From Takakia lepidozioides (taxonomy: Eukaryota; Plantae; Bryophyta): 64,000 nt of DNA. Positions within the stretch are counted from its first letter, which is position 1, and the number at the start of each line of letters is the position of its first letter. The stretch covers positions 35,526,001 to 35,590,000 of the forward strand of contig CM060733.1 in assembly GCA_030704615.1 (NCBI GenBank). Direction: 5' to 3'. A model generated the notes under the pieces. That model had not been told where the DNA came from. It made no database searches and saw nothing but the letters and a program-made list of their open reading frames with translations. Of this stretch, positions 9,929 to 21,200 are shown piece after piece. The translations under genes were made by a program, and so were the position numbers.

Positions 9929-10855
9929 TGTCGCGCGGCTTTTACTCACCCATCCCTTCGCTATCCGAGGCGGAAACTCCAAGATAGAAGAGTTGGAAAT
10001 CTCTAAGTACTCAGCCCGCTCAGAACAATCAGTCATGACCTACAGCTAGTGTATCATGGGGGTGTTTCCTATTTGTTTTCCTTTCCGCATTCATGTTAGC
10101 TAGCTACCTTACTATTGATAATTGAGTATCAGTTTGCTCATCAACTCATCCATTCATTCCACAGCTTCACTCAGATCTCTCTACACAGTGTGATTGTATC
10201 GTATAAGTATCAGATTATGATTTATCAGGTATCAGGCCGAAGCCATTGTGTCTCTAATCTCCTCTACAATATCACTACAGCTTTGCATATAACAAGCATC
10301 TACTAATCATCTCTCCTCCCACCGTGCTCTCCATGCTGGCTTTCGTTCTTGCTCTCCGCCCGATCCCTTCTCCTCCATGACCAAGAATCCCCCCCCGGAG
10401 TGCTTCCAAGAATAATCCTCCTCATCTCAGTCCTTGCTTCTCCCTTTATCTTCCTCCCCGTGGCTCTAACCGTTTCCCTCACTAACCGTCGTCCGTGAAC
10501 TAACATGTTCTATTTGCAGGTGTTGTTCCCCACAGTCGTTCCCTGTCCTGCTCTCCGTTCCCTATGGTCGTGACAGCTGTGTCAAGCTGTGACTGGCTGT
10601 GTGAAACTGTGACGGGCTGTGTCGGCTGTGACGGCTGTGTCGACTGTGACGGGCTGTGTTGGCTGTGTCGGCTGTGATGGGCTGTGTTGGCTGTGTCGGC
10701 TGTGATGGGCTGTGTCGACTGTGACGACTGTGTCACCCCCCTCTACAGTGCGCTGCTGTCACCCCTAAAGCTCATGTTGGTCTCAGTCTGTGCAAAAATT
10801 AAGGGTACTCCTCAGATCCCGTAAAAATGTCTAAGTCCCTGGCAGTCCTCTAACA
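9929..10855 (-). repeat. 3' LTR (927 bp)
   Basis: Direct repeat of 22282-23247, preceded on the minus strand by the PPT. Confidence 0.97.
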
Positions 10856-10858
10856 TTA

Positions 10859-10872
10859 CCCCTTCCCCTCTC
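10859..10872 (-). other. Polypurine tract GAGAGGGGAAGGGG
   Basis: Purine run 3 nt upstream of the 3' LTR on the minus strand. Confidence 0.9.
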
Positions 10873-10893
10873 AAAAAGCCGTGTCCTCACGGT

Positions 10894-13137
10894 TTACTGT
10901 TTGGGATTAGCAAACCTTTGTGAGTGAGCACCCTTCTGACGTTGAGAGTCTCGTGAAGGACTTTGTGTGCGAGCCCGAGGTCTGCCACTGGTTGACGGAG
11001 ATGTTTGAACACTACCCGGATAAGTGATGCCTTCTGGAGGCTGATATCGAGGTAACCTTTCAGGCATAGGAGACCCCCGTCGCTTCTTCTCTGCCATCTG
11101 AATTGCATAGTCTTCTCCCATGTCAAAAGAATCCGCTGAAGAAACAGTTGTATCAGAATCCTCATCGCCTCTCAGGTGTTTTAATTGTCGAACTTTTTGT
11201 GGAATCCTCTGGGGCATACAATGTTGTCCTACCATGTCTGGAAGTTTATATTTTAAAACTTGGTATAAACGCTGAACTGCAAAATTGGTGAAGACACTGA
11301 ACTCCTTGTCTGTCCAGGTGAGTGGGGTACCAATGACTTGTGACTTGTTCAAGTATTTCCATGCCACATGTGCCTTATAGAAAATATCATCAATGCCGAA
11401 TTTCTGTGTTGACAAATTGTTCCAGGCTGCCTGAAACCATGAACGAATTTGAGAATCGTTTTGCATCATAACTTTTGCCTCATATAGGTACATATGAGGT
11501 GGCACTGAAGGTAAGACCCAATGATCCCCACTGGAATAACTCAGAAAGCGCGCTTGCATCTTTTGCTGCTCAATGTGATAACGTACCAGAAAACAAGCAG
11601 CGTAGTATAATCCACATCCCATGACAATACTCGCTACCTCCTTGGTCTTGGTATAAATGAATCCATGTACAACTTGGAAGGCAATTAATTCTCTCAACAT
11701 TGTACCTGCCTCATGCCAGTATTGTGCAAAGTGATGATTTTCAATTGGTCGATTGTTCGGAAGAACTTTAGTCCTCATTGCCATTGGCAGCCAAATGCGC
11801 ATGATTTGGTAGTAATGTGCAAATGACTGCGGAGGACTAAATTCTTTCCAAGCCAAATCCAACATGATGGGAATTTGGTTGAAGGGCAGAATCATAGCCC
11901 TACTGTACTCCCTTGCAGCTGGAGTTTTAGGTGGGTTAAAAGCAGCATTGCCCCATACCTCAGACTGTGGTGGCTGTGGTGTGGCTGTAGTAACAACAGG
12001 GTCAGCTACTGGCACAGTGACTTGTTGTGGTGTTGGTGGCAGTTGCTCTTGTATCATTGGCATCTCCTGCACCTCTTGTGAAGATGACTGGAAAGCTAAA
12101 GTTCTTGCTTTTAAATAAGAAGCCATTAGCTGTTCCTCAGGTACACAGACTCTTTTGTCGATATTTGAAGTGAGGTCCTCCACTTGAGTCTGCAGGCCGT
12201 CTACATCCTCCTGTAACTCCGCTATTCTACTATAGACATTGTCTATAGTAGTTGTAGCAATGTTCTGCACTTGCAGCCTGAGTTCATTCATCTCGTTTTG
12301 GGTGAGCTTTCGTGGTGCTTTGCCCTCCACTGGCCCTTGTGCTAACCAGACCTGCATAAGGTGGTTATCCACCAAGTTGCTTGTGGTTCCTCTGAGAGTG
12401 TGCTCTTCTCTTTGTTTGTACACATCTAACTGCTGTTGTAAAGCCTCCATGCGCTTCGCATGAGGTTCAACCAAATTCGCATAGGCAGCAGCCAGATTAT
12501 TGGCTTCCTTCCAAGCTTTATTAGCCACAGAGAGTTCATTTCTATTGGCCATGATTGTTTGTTGCAACTCCAAGATGTGCCTCTCTTGGTCAGCTTCAAC
12601 CTGCCTGTATTGCTTGAAAGTATCCTCATTGCGACAGATTGTATTCTTCGTATCGACGATGAGTTTCACTTGCTCAACATTCTCTGCCTCTGCCTTCATA
12701 CATCTTTCCGCTTGACTGTTTATTTCTATTGTAGATTGGTCCAGCATAGTTGTGAGTGTAGCACATTGAATGGCCATTCTGTCATGCACTGTCTGCAACT
12801 CCGTATGTAGTGCATTCACTTGTTGCAACTTGCTTTCATGCTTCACCTGCATTTGGTATAGCTGTTGCTTATGTGCTTCATGCAATTGGTCTTGCGTGAG
12901 ACCTGCCTCAATCAATTGTTCCTTGGCCAATTGCAAAGCTGCTTCTGTATTCTCCAAGTCTTGCTGCATCTTGAGAGTGACCTTCTCATCGACCTTGTTT
13001 GCACACTCAGTGGCTAGTCGAGCCTCAAACTCCTTCATGAGTTCCTCTCTCAAGGCTGTCAATTGGGTAATTGGAACATGGGATTTGACATAAGTCCCCA
13101 ACAAATTAAGTGTCCTGCCTATGGAACTCATAAGCAT
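10894..13137 (-). CDS. C-terminal part of the retrotransposon extra ORF (long coiled coil plus unknown globular region), 747 aa
   Basis: E/Q/L-rich heptad-like N-half. Homologous pieces at ~26635-26676 and 36955-37855. Same frame as pol. Confidence 0.8.
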   Translation of the reverse strand: MLMSSIGRTLNLLGTYVKSHVPITQLTALREELMKEFEARLATECANKVDEKVTLKMQQDLENTEAALQLAKEQLIEAGLTQDQLHEAHKQQLYQMQVKHESKLQQVNALHTELQTVHDRMAIQCATLTTMLDQSTIEINSQAERCMKAEAENVEQVKLIVDTKNTICRNEDTFKQYRQVEADQERHILELQQTIMANRNELSVANKAWKEANNLAAAYANLVEPHAKRMEALQQQLDVYKQREEHTLRGTTSNLVDNHLMQVWLAQGPVEGKAPRKLTQNEMNELRLQVQNIATTTIDNVYSRIAELQEDVDGLQTQVEDLTSNIDKRVCVPEEQLMASYLKARTLAFQSSSQEVQEMPMIQEQLPPTPQQVTVPVADPVVTTATPQPPQSEVWGNAAFNPPKTPAAREYSRAMILPFNQIPIMLDLAWKEFSPPQSFAHYYQIMRIWLPMAMRTKVLPNNRPIENHHFAQYWHEAGTMLRELIAFQVVHGFIYTKTKEVASIVMGCGLYYAACFLVRYHIEQQKMQARFLSYSSGDHWVLPSVPPHMYLYEAKVMMQNDSQIRSWFQAAWNNLSTQKFGIDDIFYKAHVAWKYLNKSQVIGTPLTWTDKEFSVFTNFAVQRLYQVLKYKLPDMVGQHCMPQRIPQKVRQLKHLRGDEDSDTTVSSADSFDMGEDYAIQMAEKKRRGSPMPERLPRYQPPEGITYPGSVQTSPSTSGRPRARTQSPSRDSQRQKGAHSQRFANPKQ

Positions 13138-13590
13138 TGCCTGTTGAGGGTCATCATGGTGAGCTTGCTACTGTTCTCCTTCTCCCTGATCCTCAACAGT
13201 GTGATGTCTCACGAACCACTCAGGCCATTGTCCCACCAGATTTTCTTCCTAAACCACTTCATCCATCACCGGTGCTGCAGTGTTTTGACATTCTACCTGT
13301 GGTACCTCCGGCACAGGTGTGTGTATTATATGTATCCCAGTATTTCCCGTGGGCAACTGTTGCACCTCTGGAATCTCCGTCTCCTTGACCAGACCAGAAT
13401 ATTCATAGAAAATGTCTCCCTTCTCAATTTCTGCCACTATCTGTTCTGTAGTTGGAATATCTAACCCTTCTTTTTCCAAATCAATTATTTCTGGTTGAGC
13501 TGCATGGACAACTTGTAACCTTGTGACAAGCCGATCAGCTGGCTGTGATGGTTGTGATACTGAAGTAACTTCCTCCTCCCTCTCTGAAGG

Positions 13591-16500
13591 TCATGCTTCC
13601 AGTAATAGCAGTTCTCTGTGCTGCTGTGCCCCTTCCTGCACATGAGCTTGGGAAACATTATCATGCGGAATCCGTGAAGCCAGTGGATCCGCCACTACAT
13701 TCTTTCCCCACCTCTGTCTCTTATTCTCGGGTTGCCCTGCCAGTCCACCCTCACTGTGTGAAGAGCCTTGCTCTTCCATTGCAGTGATTTCTGGCTCAAA
13801 CACTCCCATCTCCTTTCTTTCTCGCGCATCTAGGATGCGAGAATCAAGAATTATTTGTGCAATGATTGGGCCAGACACTATGATAGGAGACTTTGCGGTA
13901 GTACCCTGTAATCTTTTCATCTCCTCTACCAGTGCGTTGTACATTATGTCCGCCCATTCTACCTCTTCTCCTCTCAGGGCTTTGAGTATTTCCTCTGTAA
14001 AGGATCTGCTCAAGTACTGTTGGTTCTGTTTCATGGCAAACATAACGTTCAATACCTGGCCTACCTCCTTTAGCCCTGGGTACACAGCCTTGGTACAAGC
14101 GTAACCCTGAGTTTTAAAGAAACTCCCTTCTTGGAATAAGTCCCCTATTTGCAGTCTTGCCCTGTGTTCCTCCACATGCACTTGACCTGCTGGCAATTGA
14201 AACAATTGCTGTAGGTATAGGGGAGTAATTTCTAATTCCACTCCCTTCACTGTTGTTGCTCCTGTCTTAGGCTCCATGTTCTGCAAGAATTGTAACATGT
14301 ACTGTCGATGGTGCAATGTCCAATCTTTGTTTTGCAATCCTTGCAATCTCAGTTCCTTCAGTAACTGTACTGCCTGTGGAGTAGCAATCGTTTGTTTCTG
14401 CAGGATTGTGGTGCTCTTCACCCTGATTTCCTCCATTCCTCTCACTCTCTTCATTCTAGACCCACAGAAATGTTTTGGCTGTAACAACTGAAGAAATGCC
14501 TGTAGTGCACACAGCATAAACGTATGGTTGCCACAAAAAGCTATGGGTAATTTCTTGTAAGCCTGTGGGGCTTGCAAGCATCGTTCAAGAGAAAAGATCT
14601 GCTCTGTTCTTTCGTCCCTATGCCACTGTGTAAGTAGTATTGCGAGTGTATAGTCTGTTAGTTCCTCCATAGCTTCAAAGCTATAACATTGATGGTTTGT
14701 CCCGTCGAGACGCCCGTTACTCAGAACGACGCCGCCTCTTGCGCTTAATTTCTCTCCATTTTCTTGATCGTTTCTCTGGCTTTCTATTGGCTGTAACCGC
14801 GGTGACTGGATTTTAGATTTAATTTTATTTAGTGGACTTTCCCTGCTGGATTGTCCACTAGGATCACACATGTGACAAGAATTTCTCTTTTCTGTACTTG
14901 CTGTTCGTTCCGTTCCTCTTTTTCCGTATTCATTAATGGGCCCGCCATTCATCCGAATTGACGCGCTAAGTTGGTACTTTGACGGCCATTCTTGTCCTCT
15001 TTCTTGATGACACCTGTTCTTGCACTTCCTTCTCAGCTGTGTGTCACGCCCTGACTTCCACGTGTCTATTTTTAAACTGGTTTTTGTCCTTTCTTCAATC
15101 GGCCATTTTCCTGAAGTTAATGTGCGTCCACCTGTCACTGATTCTATGGATTGTATAACCCTAGTAGGCTGTGTTGAACTGTGATAGGATGTGTTATACT
15201 GTGGTGCGCTATGATAGGCTGTGATGCACTGTGGTAAGCTATGATAGGCTGTGACACGCTGTGGTAGGTTGTGATAGGCTGTGTTTCGCCTTGATGGGCT
15301 GTGATAGGCTGTGTCACGTCGTGATGGGCTGTGATAGTCTGTGTTTCGCCTTGATGGGCTGTGATAGGCTGTGTCACGTCGTGATGGGCTGTGATAGTCT
15401 GTGTTTCGCCTTGATGGGCTGTGATAGGCTGTGTTTCGCCTTGATGGGCTGTGATAGGCTGTGTCACGTTGTGATGGGCTGTGATAAGCTGTGTTACGCC
15501 TTGATGGGCTGTGATAGGCTGTGTCACGCTTGCTCTGCCCGCCCTGGTCATATATGCTCGGTCTAGCGACAAGTGCTCCATACTCTGTTGGTAACACTGG
15601 CGCAGCCCGTGACTGCTCTTGCGTTTCAACATGCAAATCATGCTGCAATGGTTTGTCATGGATACCACTGTACCCCTTCAACTTATTGGCATTGACTCTT
15701 CCCAGCATTTCTTTGTTAATGGTTTGTAACATGGCTGTGTTGTTATCATACATCTTTTGTATGACATAGGGTCCTTTCCATGGTGATTTAAGCTTAGAAG
15801 CTTTAATCTTTCCCTTTTTCTGCAACCATAAAACCAAATCTCCCGTCTTAAAAGTTTTTAACTTGCCTTCATCAAATTGTTCCTTCCTCTTCATCTGAGA
15901 TCTGGTCATATTATCAACTGCATCAGCACGTACTTCTTCCACATGGTATAATTCATGTTTCCTGACCTTAATGGAATCTTGCAATTCCATTCTCTTTCCC
16001 CATTCCGTTCTCATGGTAGGTAACAGGAATTCCACTGGAAGTAAGGCTTCCATACCATAAACTAATTGGAATGGTGTATACTTTGTGGTGACTTTATATG
16101 AAGTCCTGTATGACCACAAAGCTGTCAGCAGCTTTGTATCCCAATCCGTTCTGTTTGCATTGACTATCTTAGCCAAGATAGTACATAGTATTTTTTTGGT
16201 AGCCTCTGCCTGCCCATTACCCTGTGGGTAATATGTTGTACTCTTCCTATGCACAATCATGAACTCTTTAGTCAACAACTCAATGGTCTCATTAATGAAG
16301 TGACTTCCCTGATCACTGATAAACTCTAAGGGACAACCAAATCGTGTAAGTATGTTCTCATACAGGAACCTTGCTGTGGACTTGGCTGTGTTGTCCCTCA
16401 AAGCTTTAGCTTCCACCCACTTCGTAGTATAATCAGTGGCTGTAATTATGTACCTGTTCCGTGTATTCTTGGCTGGTGGGTTAATTGGTCCAACAAAGTC

Positions 16501-18228
16501 TAGTCCCCATTTCTGAAATGGTTCCGTAGGCATTGTAGGATGCAAAGACATTTTCCCAGATCTCTGCAAAGGTCCCAGCCTCTGACATTCATTACAACTT
16601 TGACAATACTTGTGTACATCTTTGAATAAAGTAGGCCACCAGTAACCTGCGAGTAGTATCTTTCTACTGGTAGTCTCTTCTCCAAAATGACCTCCAGCCA
16701 CTCCTTTATGAACTTCCTCCAAAACTTTATTTACTTCATGGTGGTACAAGCATCGTTTTAGTACTCCATCAGGTCCTAGCTTATACATTCTGCTCCCTAC
16801 CATAGTGTAAGGTAGAGCTTTGATAGCGATTCTCTTCCTCTGCTCCTTACCATAACTAGGTGGGCACTGACCATGAGTAAGGCAGTATCTGATTGGCCAC
16901 TGCCAATCTAACCATTCATCGGCACTTCCTTGCACCTCCATTACAAATAAACTCGCATCAGGTAACTGATCGTCCACTCCTGTGGCGGCCTCTCCTGTTG
17001 TTAGTCGTGACAAAGGATCTGCCACAAGATGCAAACGGCCAGGCTTGTAAATAACTTCAAACTCAAACTCATGCAGGATTATTAACCACCTCGCTATCCT
17101 TCCATTTATCAAAGGTTTGTTCACCAGATATATCAGAGCCTGGTGATCCACATAAAACATAAACTTTCTTCCCAATAGGTAATGCCTGAATTTCTTGACT
17201 GCATAAATCATTGCCAATGCTTCTCTTTCCGTTGTGCTATAGTTCCTTTCAGCACTGTTCATCAACCTGCTAGCATAGTACACAGGTGAATCTATATTTC
17301 CTGTAACATTCTGGGCTAACACCGCTCCCAACGCTTCTCCTGACGCATCACAATGAACATGAAATACTACATGCCAGTGAGGGTTAATCAGCACAGGTGT
17401 AGTTGTTACTGACAGTGTAAGTTCCTCAAACGCCTGTTGACATTCAGCTGTCCAGGCAAACACTGCATCTTTCTTCAGAAGCTTGCTCAATGGTGCTGCT
17501 ATTTGTGCATACCTTTTGACAAATCTTCTGTAATAACTGGTTTGCCCAAGGAATCTCCTTAGACTCTTAACATTCACTGGTGGTGGAGAGGCTTTAATGG
17601 CCTCTGTCTTCCTGGGATCCACAAGAAGTCCCCTCTTACACACAATATGTCCCAGAAGCACCCCTGAGTTCACACAGAAAGTACACTTCTCTGGATTCAG
17701 GCCCAGACCTCTCATCCTGCATCTGGCCAAGCATAACTCCAATTTATGCAAGTGCTCATTCTTAGAGCTGTACACACTGAAATCATCCAAGAACACCTGC
17801 ATGAAATCATCCAGATACTCATGAAAAGATTCACTTATCACTCTCTGAAAGGTCGCTGGTGCATTACAAAGTCCAAAGGGCATGACTTTGTATGCATAAG
17901 CACCCCAGTCTGTGATGAAAGCTGTTTTTCCTTGGTCTCCTTCTGCCACTTGTACTTGATTATAACCACTGAAGCCATCCATGAATGAGTACATCTCATG
18001 GCCTGCCACAGTGTCCAATACTGCTTCTGTGAATGGCAAAGGAAAAGGATCTTTCTTCGTACAAGCATTCAGCTTCTTGTAGTTCACACATACTCTTAGT
18101 TTACCATTCTTCTTGGGAACTATAACAATGGGTGACAACCAAGTTGTATACTCTATTGGGTATATAAACTTAGCCTCAGCCAACTTCTTGATCTCTTCTC
18201 CAACCTTCTGTGCGTAGTTGGGATTCAT
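13591..18228 (-). CDS. Pol (RT-RNase H-integrase) continuing in frame into a repeat linker and an extra-ORF domain
   Basis: RT FLDDF; RNase H CDAS/EREAL/DHQAL; integrase HHCC (H..GGH..CQSCNEC), WGLDF, SDQGSHF, PQGNGQAE, WKGPY. The ORF runs ~690 aa past the integrase end. Confidence 0.95.
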   Translation of the reverse strand: MNPNYAQKVGEEIKKLAEAKFIYPIEYTTWLSPIVIVPKKNGKLRVCVNYKKLNACTKKDPFPLPFTEAVLDTVAGHEMYSFMDGFSGYNQVQVAEGDQGKTAFITDWGAYAYKVMPFGLCNAPATFQRVISESFHEYLDDFMQVFLDDFSVYSSKNEHLHKLELCLARCRMRGLGLNPEKCTFCVNSGVLLGHIVCKRGLLVDPRKTEAIKASPPPVNVKSLRRFLGQTSYYRRFVKRYAQIAAPLSKLLKKDAVFAWTAECQQAFEELTLSVTTTPVLINPHWHVVFHVHCDASGEALGAVLAQNVTGNIDSPVYYASRLMNSAERNYSTTEREALAMIYAVKKFRHYLLGRKFMFYVDHQALIYLVNKPLINGRIARWLIILHEFEFEVIYKPGRLHLVADPLSRLTTGEAATGVDDQLPDASLFVMEVQGSADEWLDWQWPIRYCLTHGQCPPSYGKEQRKRIAIKALPYTMVGSRMYKLGPDGVLKRCLYHHEVNKVLEEVHKGVAGGHFGEETTSRKILLAGYWWPTLFKDVHKYCQSCNECQRLGPLQRSGKMSLHPTMPTEPFQKWGLDFVGPINPPAKNTRNRYIITATDYTTKWVEAKALRDNTAKSTARFLYENILTRFGCPLEFISDQGSHFINETIELLTKEFMIVHRKSTTYYPQGNGQAEATKKILCTILAKIVNANRTDWDTKLLTALWSYRTSYKVTTKYTPFQLVYGMEALLPVEFLLPTMRTEWGKRMELQDSIKVRKHELYHVEEVRADAVDNMTRSQMKRKEQFDEGKLKTFKTGDLVLWLQKKGKIKASKLKSPWKGPYVIQKMYDNNTAMLQTINKEMLGRVNANKLKGYSGIHDKPLQHDLHVETQEQSRAAPVLPTEYGALVARPSIYDQGGQSKRDTAYHSPSRRNTAYHSPSQRDTAYHSPSRRNTAYHSPSRRNTDYHSPSRRDTAYHSPSRRNTDYHSPSRRDTAYHSPSRRNTAYHNLPQRVTAYHSLPQCITAYHSAPQYNTSYHSSTQPTRVIQSIESVTGGRTLTSGKWPIEERTKTSLKIDTWKSGRDTQLRRKCKNRCHQERGQEWPSKYQLSASIRMNGGPINEYGKRGTERTASTEKRNSCHMCDPSGQSSRESPLNKIKSKIQSPRLQPIESQRNDQENGEKLSARGGVVLSNGRLDGTNHQCYSFEAMEELTDYTLAILLTQWHRDERTEQIFSLERCLQAPQAYKKLPIAFCGNHTFMLCALQAFLQLLQPKHFCGSRMKRVRGMEEIRVKSTTILQKQTIATPQAVQLLKELRLQGLQNKDWTLHHRQYMLQFLQNMEPKTGATTVKGVELEITPLYLQQLFQLPAGQVHVEEHRARLQIGDLFQEGSFFKTQGYACTKAVYPGLKEVGQVLNVMFAMKQNQQYLSRSFTEEILKALRGEEVEWADIMYNALVEEMKRLQGTTAKSPIIVSGPIIAQIILDSRILDARERKEMGVFEPEITAMEEQGSSHSEGGLAGQPENKRQRWGKNVVADPLASRIPHDNVSQAHVQEGAQQHRELLLLEA
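15175..15530 (-). repeat. 30-bp coding tandem repeat (TAYHSPSRR[N/D]) x ~12
   Basis: Unit CCTTGATGGGCTGTGATAGGCTGTGTTTCG and variants; the reading frame is preserved. Confidence 0.9.
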
Positions 18229-21200
18229 TTGTACCTCGCCTGCTTGATTGGTACTGACCCTGGTTCTAGTTCAATCTTATGCTGACAGACTTCAGGTGGT
18301 ATTCCTTTTAGATCTTCATAGCTCCAAGCAAATACATCTCTGTATTTGATGAACAAGCTCTTAGCTTCTTCAAAGAATTTTGGCTCCAAATCAGCTCCTA
18401 CTTTCACCATCCTCGGTTCCTCTTTAGTTCCCACATTCACTTCCCTCACCTGTTCATCAGCTGTGATTGTCCAACCAGTCACCACTTCATCCTGTAAGCT
18501 CACAGTGGCTGGTTCCTCTAGGATTTCCATTTCTCCTTCTCTTTCTTCATAGAAATGTGATGGGTAACTGCTGGTTTCCTCTTCAGTTGGTGTTGCTGTC
18601 ACTACACCACAGCAGATACCTCTTAAACAACTTAGGCTTTCCAGCCGCATCTCTGCAACTTGCTCCCACTCTGGGTGTGCAGCAAACAGGGTAGCTTCCT
18701 GCTCCTCATCCAGTCCTTCTCTCCAGTCATACTCTCTGACTCCTCGAGGTCTTCTCGTAGCAGGTAATCTACTAGATTTCTTTGTGGTAATTTGTATCTC
18801 GTGTATCCCATTATGCACGGTTAGTAACTGAGAATTCCAGTCATGGAATACCCTGGCCTGCTTCAGCCACGGACTTCCCAATAATAAGGAGTAAGCCTCC
18901 ATGACTTCATCCATTTTCAACACAGTTACTGTGATCATAAAGATCATCTTTTGTATCTGTATCTTAACTCCTCTTATTAATCCCAATGGCTGTACACTTC
19001 TTTGATCTGCCATTGTTACTGTAAATGGGGCTGGTTTCATGTTACTTAGACCAAGCTTCTTTCTCAATTGGTCTGTCATGATATTTACTCCATAACCTCC
19101 ATCTATCAGTACATCAGTTAGCTCTGTGCTTCCAATTTTCAATTGGATTACTGGCATAGAATCATCAAAGTCCATGACTGTTTCTCGCCCTTCCGGCTTC
19201 ACATTATAACTGGTAACCTTGCTGTTCAGGTCTGTGTTTCCTGTCTCCTGGGCAATTCGATTGATTGCTTGATACAGCTTGTGCCTACAATAAGGTGCCA
19301 CAGCCAATAGCTGTCCAATGGTAATCTCTGCTTTGGTCTGGCATATTACTTCAGCCAAAGTCTCTTCATTACTTTTCATGTCCGCATCTTCTTTCTTCCT
19401 TTCCTTCTCCCTCACTTCTTCTTCTCCATCAGAATCAGAGGAATCTGCCACAGGAATATCAATACTCTTCTGCATTTCCCTTATGGTATCTGCCACTTCC
19501 TTGTGCAGTTCCTTCTCCTCTCTCCAAGCTTCATCATCTTCAGGCATATCACTGCCACCTTCATTATCATCTTCTTCCTCTACTACTGGAGGTATTAGTT
19601 TGGCTTTACTTCTTGTTACTATCATTGTACTTACTTCTGGTACAACACATGGCCTAACCATGTGAGCTGCCACCACTGGGCCCTCATTCACAGGAGCTCT
19701 CATCTCATTCTGGTGTCTAATCCAGAATGAATAGGCTGCCTTGTGATGTCCGGGCTGATTACAATAGTAACACAGTTCTTCACCATTGGGTCCTCGCCCT
19801 TGGTCTACTCTTGGATTATTTCTGTAATCCTGATTCCCGGGCTGGTAATTCCCCCTTGGATTACCCTGATAGTTGCCTCTGGAATTCCCTTGGTAATTCC
19901 CTCTTGAATTACCTCTCCCTTCCATGCCATTGTTATAACCACCAGACCTACCATAGTGGTCCTGATCATTGTTTCTTCTTGGCTGGGGCTGCACCTGATG
20001 CACCCTTACTTGCCTAGGTTCTCTTGCAACTGTCCTTCTGTTGTAGTAACAATTCTCAGTAGAATGGTTATCCATTTTACAGATAGTACAGTGTTTCTCC
20101 TTCATGTGGCATTCTGTGGTGGTATGGCCTTCATTCTGGCACTTTGCACACCATACACCCTTCCTCCAATGTGTTGCAGCCTCTGTGGCATACTTCTTCA
20201 AGATTTCTTCCAATCTTTTCTCATAGTTATCCCTCTTCAATTTCTCCTTTCTCTTACTCTTCCTTTTTAGTTCTTGCTCTTCTTCTTCATCTGACTCATC
20301 CTCAGAGTCCTCATCATCCCTTTTCTCTCTCCTGAGCATTCCCAATTGCTCAATCCTGTTTGCAGTTTCAAATGCCTCCTCCACTGTATTATGGGGTAAC
20401 ATATCCACTTTCTTTTGCAACTCTGGTCTTAGTCCACTCACAAACCAAGTCTTCTGTAAACCGGGTGCTGGTACTGCAGCCAGCTTTTTCATCATCAATT
20501 CCATCTTTTCCATATACTCCTCAACAGTTTCATGCTTCTTTTGCTTTAACTGTTGTAAACTTCCATACACTTCATCCTCAGTTTTACTTGTCCTGAACCT
20601 ATTTCGAAATGCTGTATTCAAGCCATTCCAGGTTAGGAAATGATTATCAGGGAATCTTGCATACCATTCACTTGCTTTCTTTATAAGTGAACAAGGAAAC
20701 AATCTCATCTTGGCATCCTCGCCATTCTCATTGTTCACTATACACATGTGCTCAAATTGGCTAATGTGTACATCGGGATCCCCTTTTCCTGAATATATTG
20801 GAAAAGGTGGTTTTGCCCGTGTTGGTTGTAACGCCATTTGTGGCCCTACCTTCTGCCCACTGACAGGTGCCGGCACCCTTGCTGGTGCTGGTCCTTCTGG
20901 ACCTGTTGTTTTTGTGGTGGATCTTCCACCAAGTGGTGGCCCTTGAGCACTCCCTGCTTCCGGCCCCACGATATTCACAGTATTCCCAGCTTCAGTTGCA
21001 CTACTTTCCACACTCCCTGTCCCCCCAGAGCCAGATCCAGGCAACCCGCCTGATCCCCCTGAGCCGACACCTTCGTTGGCCTGTGATCCAAGTGCTCCAC
21101 TTGATCCAGGTCCAACGGGTTGGGATGTCCTGGTTGTAGTCTCAACCTCAGCTGTTGGGTCTACTTCTTCATACTCTTCCTCTTCCAATTTCTTCTCTCT

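Noticed and set aside
10894-13137. Retroviral env gene
   Set aside because: No signal peptide, clear furin/fusion-peptide pair or convincing C-terminal TM anchor; it is better described as a coiled-coil extra ORF.
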